Shown: positions 59,146-64,000 of the stretch, piece by piece
Position numbering within the stretch: position 1 is the first letter of the stretch
Layout: every line of letters starts with the position of its first letter
NCBI GenBank assembly: GCA_964622975.1
Contig: CAZUTA010000002.1
Span: forward strand, 192,207-256,206
From: an uncultured Bacteriovoracaceae bacterium
GTDB taxonomy: Bacteria; Bdellovibrionota; UBA2394
Length of the DNA: 64,000 bases
Reading direction: 5' to 3'
The notes under the pieces: model-generated
The model's database searches: none
The model's input: the letters and a program-made list of their open reading frames with translations, nothing else
What the model was told of the DNA's origin: nothing
Position numbers and translations under genes: made by a program

Positions 59146-60129
59146 CTAGATGGTGTTGTCTTCGTCTTTTTGGATATTCGTCTCAATTTTGGCCCTTAAA
59201 TCAAACCAAACATCACCCAAACCGGCCAAAACAAGGACAGGAATGGGATTAAAGAAAATCACCAAAAGAACCAGGATAACAAAGAGAAAATTCAATCGGG
59301 GGATCAGGTAGGAGACGAGCGCCATTCCTTGAACAAAGAGCGGAAACGCACTCAAAACTGCCAAATTCCAGCCTATCAGCTGAAGGGGGAACTGAGTTCC
59401 TTGGTAAGCTCCATAATCGAGAGCGAGGCAAATCAGAGCACCCACGAGCGGAATAAGAACCCATTCGGTCGATCTCCAACGATTAAATCGATCAAAGACC
59501 CGAGCCTGACCCCGCAGATTGGCCGCTCTAAAGCTTTTCAGGAGATTCTCCATCAAGCCATTTACAAAAAACGCAGAGGCAATGAGCGCCGAATACCAAC
59601 CAACCATTCCCGAAATCAAAAACGGCTTAAAGAAGCTATCAAAGATATAAACTTGTTCGACGGGGTAAACGCGGCGATGAAAAAAGTAGGGGAAGATCTG
59701 AGAATTGAGCTGTGATTCTGCCCACTGACGAAACGAAAAATCCTTTGAATCCAACCAAACACTGAGAATCAGCAGCAGGACGGCGAGAGTTGAGAGTGCG
59801 AGCGCCCAAAAGATGTAAGGAAGAAACGACTGTTTGGCCTTACGCAGTTGCCAGAGACAAAACCCCATCAAATAAAAGTGCAGAGTGCCAAGCGCGTCGA
59901 GTGACGTCATCGATGTGCCAAACAGAAGTGGGCTCAAATAAGTGAGGGCCAAACAGGCGAGACTCATCGTCAAGCCCACGACCCATTGAGTCTGCAAAAT
60001 GAGACTCACGGCGCAGGGAATCAAATACCAATAAACGGAATAAAATGGAGCAAAGCCGAGGACGAAAATACAAAATACAATCGTCCAGTCGAGGCGCGCA
60101 ACTTTACGCGCTGGCGTAGCTCGGCCCAT
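59146..60129 (-). CDS. polytopic membrane protein (possibly DUF2232/YybS-like)
   Basis: 327 aa with about 8 predicted TM segments; its position between rpsF and rplI-dnaB mirrors the Firmicutes yybS-(gdpP)-rplI-dnaC synteny; family assignment by context only. Confidence 0.45.
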   Translation of the reverse strand: MGRATPARKVARLDWTIVFCIFVLGFAPFYSVYWYLIPCAVSLILQTQWVVGLTMSLACLALTYLSPLLFGTSMTSLDALGTLHFYLMGFCLWQLRKAKQSFLPYIFWALALSTLAVLLLILSVWLDSKDFSFRQWAESQLNSQIFPYFFHRRVYPVEQVYIFDSFFKPFLISGMVGWYSALIASAFFVNGLMENLLKSFRAANLRGQARVFDRFNRWRSTEWVLIPLVGALICLALDYGAYQGTQFPLQLIGWNLAVLSAFPLFVQGMALVSYLIPRLNFLFVILVLLVIFFNPIPVLVLAGLGDVWFDLRAKIETNIQKDEDNTI

Positions 60130-60592
60130 CCATACTCACATCATCATCTTCTTGGCGGAGGGCAGGAACAGAGCTGGCTTCTCGAGGAGCTTTTTCGACC
60201 AGATCCTGAATCTCAGTTTTTGAGAGAGGTTTGGACAGAGAAACAGAACTAAATCGAATCACGCGAGCATCGAGCTTGAGACTTCTTTCAAATTCTTTGA
60301 GCGCCTGAGCGGTTCCAATAAATCGAAAGTAGTAATATCGACCAACCTGATGTTTTTCCATCGGATGGGCCATTCGCTTTTTGCCCCACTCATCTTGGCG
60401 CAGCATTGTCGCTTTAAACTGGGTGAGCACCTTGATGTTTTTTTCGGCGACTTCTTTGGCCTCAGGGTCATTGACCAAGGGGCTCAAAATAAAAATAGTT
60501 TCGTAATGACGTTCACGAGCACCAATTTCATTGGGGCGTAAGAGCGTCTTTGTGGTTTCAATCGTGTTTTCTGCTTCTGCCATAACCGACAT
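60104..60592 (-). CDS. rpsF: 30S ribosomal protein S6 (with N- and C-terminal extensions)
   Basis: RHYETIFIL...EWGKKRMAHPM matches the S6 core; the true start may be downstream of the first ATG. Confidence 0.8.
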   Translation of the reverse strand: MSVMAEAENTIETTKTLLRPNEIGARERHYETIFILSPLVNDPEAKEVAEKNIKVLTQFKATMLRQDEWGKKRMAHPMEKHQVGRYYYFRFIGTAQALKEFERSLKLDARVIRFSSVSLSKPLSKTEIQDLVEKAPREASSVPALRQEDDDVSMDGPSYASA

Positions 60593-60616
60593 GTTGTAAA
60601 CGATCTGAAGGCGAGA

Positions 60617-61714
60617 TCAAACAGCAAATCTAAACAAAATCACATCGCCATCCTGGACCGTATAATCCTTACCTTCGGAGCGAAGCAGGCCCTTTTCTCG
60701 AGCTCCTTTTTCGCCCTGACAGGCAATATAGTCCTTGTAAGCGATAGTTTCGGCCCGAATAAAGCCCTTCTTAAAGTCCGTATGGATGACGCCAGCGGCA
60801 TCCGGACCGAGGCACCCCACAGGAATCGTCCAAGCACGGACCTCTTTGACCCCGGCGGTAAAGTAAGTCTGAAGCCCTAAAAGCTTAAAGGCCTCTCGAA
60901 TAAAACGGTCTAAAGCGGGCTCTTCGATGCCAAACTCAGCCTGAAACACCACTCGATCGTCATCGCTCATCTGTCTCAGCTGACTTTCAAGTGCGACGCT
61001 CATCGGAATTACAAGCGACTGATCGAGGGCGGCGACCTCCTGAACTTGAGCGAGCCAAGCCTTGGTCCTATCCGTCAGCGCTTTGACTTCGGACTCCGCG
61101 ATATTGGCGACATAAAGCACGGGTTTGCTCGTCAAAAACTGGTCCTGAGGGATCTTGCCTTTGACGGACGGCATGCGGCGAATTGGAATCCCCTTGCCGA
61201 GGCCATCGATGATCTCACGCAAGAGATCGGCTTCGATTTTGGCTTCGGCGTTGCCGCTTTTGGCACCCTTTTCCACACGCTCGAGGCGTTTTTGGGCCGC
61301 CTCTTGGTCGGAGAGACAGAGTTCGAGCTCAATGATCTCAATATCTCGCTTGGGATCCACTCCTCCCATCACGTGCACAATATTGGGGTCTTCAAAGCAT
61401 CTCACCACATGGGCAATCGCATTGACTTCCCGGATGTGAGAAAGAAACTGATTTCCGAGCCCTTCGCCCGAAGCAGCGCCTTTGACGAGTCCTGCAATAT
61501 CGACAAACGTCATAAGTGCAGGCACGACTCGCTCGGGCTTTACAATATCGGAGAGAGCATCGAGTCGCTTGTCAGGAACATTGACCACGCCGCGGTGTGG
61601 ATCCACCGTACAAAAAGGAAAGTTTTCTGCAGGAACTTGAGCGGCAGTCAAAGTGTTAAACAAAGTTGATTTACCAACGTTTGGCAGTCCGACGATTCCA
61701 CATTCGATTCCCAT
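60617..61714 (-). CDS. ychF: redox-regulated ATPase YchF (Obg-family GTPase)
   Basis: GIVGLPNVGKSTLFN, DIAGLVKGAS and a TGS-like C-terminus; 365 aa. Confidence 0.95.
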   Translation of the reverse strand: MGIECGIVGLPNVGKSTLFNTLTAAQVPAENFPFCTVDPHRGVVNVPDKRLDALSDIVKPERVVPALMTFVDIAGLVKGAASGEGLGNQFLSHIREVNAIAHVVRCFEDPNIVHVMGGVDPKRDIEIIELELCLSDQEAAQKRLERVEKGAKSGNAEAKIEADLLREIIDGLGKGIPIRRMPSVKGKIPQDQFLTSKPVLYVANIAESEVKALTDRTKAWLAQVQEVAALDQSLVIPMSVALESQLRQMSDDDRVVFQAEFGIEEPALDRFIREAFKLLGLQTYFTAGVKEVRAWTIPVGCLGPDAAGVIHTDFKKGFIRAETIAYKDYIACQGEKGAREKGLLRSEGKDYTVQDGDVILFRFAV

Positions 61715-61723
61715 ATTTATTCC

Positions 61724-62335
61724 TTACGCTGTAAATTTCTTTGAGTTGATCTTGTTCATGGCCTGTTCATCGTTTTGAGTGAGCCACAACTTAAGCTGTT
61801 CGCCCGCATCCGAAACAACTTTTTGTACGATTTTTTTTTCGTCTGGGTTGAACTTTTCGAGGACGTGATCCAGCGTCTCTTCGCGGACTCCGTCTACCAA
61901 TGGACGTCCGATCCCCAGCCGAAGCCGAGGAACATTCTGCGTGCCGAGTCTCTCGATGACCGAGCGAATTCCTCGATGTCCCCCATCTGATCCTGAAGAT
62001 CGATAACGAATCCCACCCAGAGGCAGATCCATATCGTCATAGACAACGAGGATTTTTGACTCGCCCTGATTTTTGGAAGTCCAATCCGTGAGGGCTTTGC
62101 CGCTTTCGTTCATAAAAGTCTGAGGCATCAGAAAATGGAGTTCAAAGTCTTGATCTCCCAGCGTGAGAGCCGTCATGGCCCAATGGCTGTGATACTTTTC
62201 TTTCCAATCGACGCTGCCAGAGATGAAGGCTTCCGCAGCCCTTTGGACCCAGTCAAAACCAATATTGTGGCGGGTTCCTTGATAGCGAGTGCCAGGATTT
62301 CCAAGTCCGGCCACGCATATTCTCAGGCGCCCCAT
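61724..62335 (-). CDS. pth: peptidyl-tRNA hydrolase
   Basis: GLGNPG...RHN(I)GF signature; 203 aa. Confidence 0.9.
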   Translation of the reverse strand: MGRLRICVAGLGNPGTRYQGTRHNIGFDWVQRAAEAFISGSVDWKEKYHSHWAMTALTLGDQDFELHFLMPQTFMNESGKALTDWTSKNQGESKILVVYDDMDLPLGGIRYRSSGSDGGHRGIRSVIERLGTQNVPRLRLGIGRPLVDGVREETLDHVLEKFNPDEKKIVQKVVSDAGEQLKLWLTQNDEQAMNKINSKKFTA

Positions 62336-62363
62336 TGAATAATCCTTTTAACCCTCAGGAGGA

Positions 62364-63077
62364 TTATTTCTTAGCGCCTTTGTCACCACCAGCATCTTTA
62401 GCAGGGGCGGCCGCTCCAGCAGCGGGAGCCGTTGCTCCCGTCGCAGTGGCAGCTGCTGCACCTTCACCTGCTGCAGCGCCTTCGGCGGCAGTGGGTGCGG
62501 CAACAACTTCTTCCTTCTCAGGCTCATTGACTGAGACCAGAGCGAATTTAGCGGAATCCAAAACTTTGATTTTTGAGGAAACTTTGATCTCTGAGATGTG
62601 CAAGCTCTCATTGAGTTTGAGAGCAGAGACATCCACTTCGATGGTGTCCGGCATGTCGCCAGGCAAAGCTCGAACCTTCATAAAACGTCGGATGATATTC
62701 AAAATTCCACCCTCGTTTTTTACGCCTTCGGCTGTGCCGGTATAGTGAATGGGCACTCGCGCATCAAAAGGTCGATCCATCGCAATTTCGTAAAGATCAA
62801 TGTGTTCGATCTTCCACATGGGATTTCGGGAGATGGCTTTGAGGATAACCTTTTTGCCGTTCAAATGATTTTCATTGGACTTGAGTTCGATCACGTAATT
62901 GGACTCAAGGTCGTTATTGAAAGCTTTTCGAAGTTCTTTCTCATCTAAAGAACAGACTTCGTTCTTTTTTCCGGGCCCATAAACATTGGCCAGGACTTTG
63001 CCTTGAGATCGGAGGGTTTTGATTTCACTCTTTTGGCCCGCTTGACGGGGGCTAACGTTCACTTGAACCTGTTGCAT
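62364..63077 (-). CDS. rplY: 50S ribosomal protein L25 / general stress protein Ctc with Ala-rich C-terminal tail
   Basis: N-terminal beta-barrel L25 domain plus Ctc-type extension; conserved position next to pth. Confidence 0.85.
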   Translation of the reverse strand: MQQVQVNVSPRQAGQKSEIKTLRSQGKVLANVYGPGKKNEVCSLDEKELRKAFNNDLESNYVIELKSNENHLNGKKVILKAISRNPMWKIEHIDLYEIAMDRPFDARVPIHYTGTAEGVKNEGGILNIIRRFMKVRALPGDMPDTIEVDVSALKLNESLHISEIKVSSKIKVLDSAKFALVSVNEPEKEEVVAAPTAAEGAAAGEGAAAATATGATAPAAGAAAPAKDAGGDKGAKK

Positions 63078-63138
63078 AGCAGTGAATTCTTAATCAGAAG
63101 CCCGACCAAAGAAAAGCGAGTTTTGTGGAAAATAGCGG

Positions 63139-63798
63139 TTATCGAAGGATCGGAACCACCTGCCCACCTTGATCCAAATGAAAGGAGGCGGTCCTGGGCT
63201 GCTGCTTAAAAAGCCCATATCGGGGATAAATGAGCGTCACTGTAAAAATCGCCTCGCGCAGAAGGGGTCGTTGGTCCAGAGCTCTTCTCATGGCAAGTGC
63301 AGAAGAAATGTCCTCAGGACTAAACTTTGAGGGTGAGTACAGCTTTAGGGCGCCACCTACGATCATACTGGGATGCGTATGAAAGAACCTAATCGTAAAA
63401 AGAGGATGGGGGGCTTCTCGCTCCTGCTGCTCCAAAGCCGCATACCAGCGCTCGGTCAAAAGCCCTCCAGAGACTTGAGTGGAGTCTCCTACAAACTGAG
63501 TCAGAGGACTTTGAACGCTCTTTTCTGAGCCGGCAGATTCAAAGGAGGGGAATCTCTTCTTCAGTCCGTTTTCGTAATTGAACTCAAATCCAAAAACCTC
63601 TTGGGATCGATGGTTCAGGCTGAGGTTCCAAAGTGAACGTTCAAACGGATTCAAAACTGATCCACGTTCTGTTTGCTTCTCAATTTGATTAAAGAGCTGC
63701 TGCGAGATTTTTGAACAGGATTCGGCCGCCGATGCCTTGAGGAAGGAACTCACCCCCAGAATCGCTGTGAACCATGCCCATCGAAGTCCCGTCCGCAT
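63139..63798 (-). CDS. hypothetical secreted protein
   Basis: 219 aa with signal peptide MRTGLRWAWFTAILGVSSFLKASA. Confidence 0.35.
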   Translation of the reverse strand: MRTGLRWAWFTAILGVSSFLKASAAESCSKISQQLFNQIEKQTERGSVLNPFERSLWNLSLNHRSQEVFGFEFNYENGLKKRFPSFESAGSEKSVQSPLTQFVGDSTQVSGGLLTERWYAALEQQEREAPHPLFTIRFFHTHPSMIVGGALKLYSPSKFSPEDISSALAMRRALDQRPLLREAIFTVTLIYPRYGLFKQQPRTASFHLDQGGQVVPILR

Positions 63799-63864
63799 TA
63801 TTTAATTAAGAAGCAAGTTTTGTGCCTCAAGACGTGCGAAGACTGATTGTATTCGGTCTTTGGT

Positions 63865-64000
63865 TTAGAATCTCAAAAGATTGAGAACGGCTTGGAGGCT
63901 GAGATTCGCCTGCTGCGAAACGCTGATCTGCGCTTGCTGAAGAATCTGATGACGAACAAGATCTGCGGTCTCCATCGCAATGTCAGCATCCAATATTTGT
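63865..64000 (-). CDS. flagellin, C-terminal fragment (gene continues beyond window end)
   Basis: The minus-strand translation ...RIEDADIAMETADLVRHQILQQAQISVSQQANLSLQAVLNLLRF* matches the conserved flagellin C-terminal D0 helix (compare ...AQILQQAGTSVLAQANQVPQNVLSLLR). Confidence 0.7.
   Translation of the reverse strand, partial: QILDADIAMETADLVRHQILQQAQISVSQQANLSLQAVLNLLRF

Noticed and set aside
62335-62745. 136-aa Ala-rich plus-strand ORF
   Set aside because: Antisense shadow of the Ala/Gly-rich tail of L25.

Overview
This is a 64-kb chromosomal window, about 50% GC, that looks like a Bdellovibrionota (Bdellovibrio-like) genome. The assignment is an inference from gene content, including a TIGR02147-family protein, an AgmX/PglI-domain lipoprotein, an FHA+DUF4388 protein and a flagellin C-terminus. 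Most of the window is conserved housekeeping genes. These include pstA-pstB-phoU, type-2 ileS, an archaeal-type valS, the NAD salvage pair pncB/pncA, msrA, rarA, alr, mlaEFD, the rpsB-tsf-pyrH-frr-uppS-cdsA-dxr-rseP string, tsaB, pssA, dus, ispE, tatA/tatC, mrcA, plsY, dnaB, rplI, rpsF, ychF, pth and rplY. There are two tRNAs (Val-TAC, Gln-TTG) and a partial flagellin gene at the 3' edge. I found no CRISPR array, rRNA, integrase or transposase. The accessory-looking pieces are: (1) three translationally coupled genes encoding five FHA domains plus a DUF4388 domain, followed by an outer-membrane beta-barrel gene (52.6-56.4 kb); (2) a GNAT / GNAT-HAD-Nudix-like fusion / N-acetyl-sugar amidotransferase locus (11.4-15.2 kb); (3) an olsB-olsA-like ornithine-lipid pair with a hairpin over the olsB Shine-Dalgarno; (4) several signal-peptide hypothetical proteins near tRNA-Gln and tRNA-Val; (5) an unannotated 27-aa hydrophobic micro-ORF and a polyproline micro-ORF. 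I did not find a canonical defence or mobile system; the FHA cluster and the GNAT/HAD/Nudix-amidotransferase locus are the best candidates for an undescribed system. All calls come from reading the translated ORFs and the DNA by eye, with no searches run.
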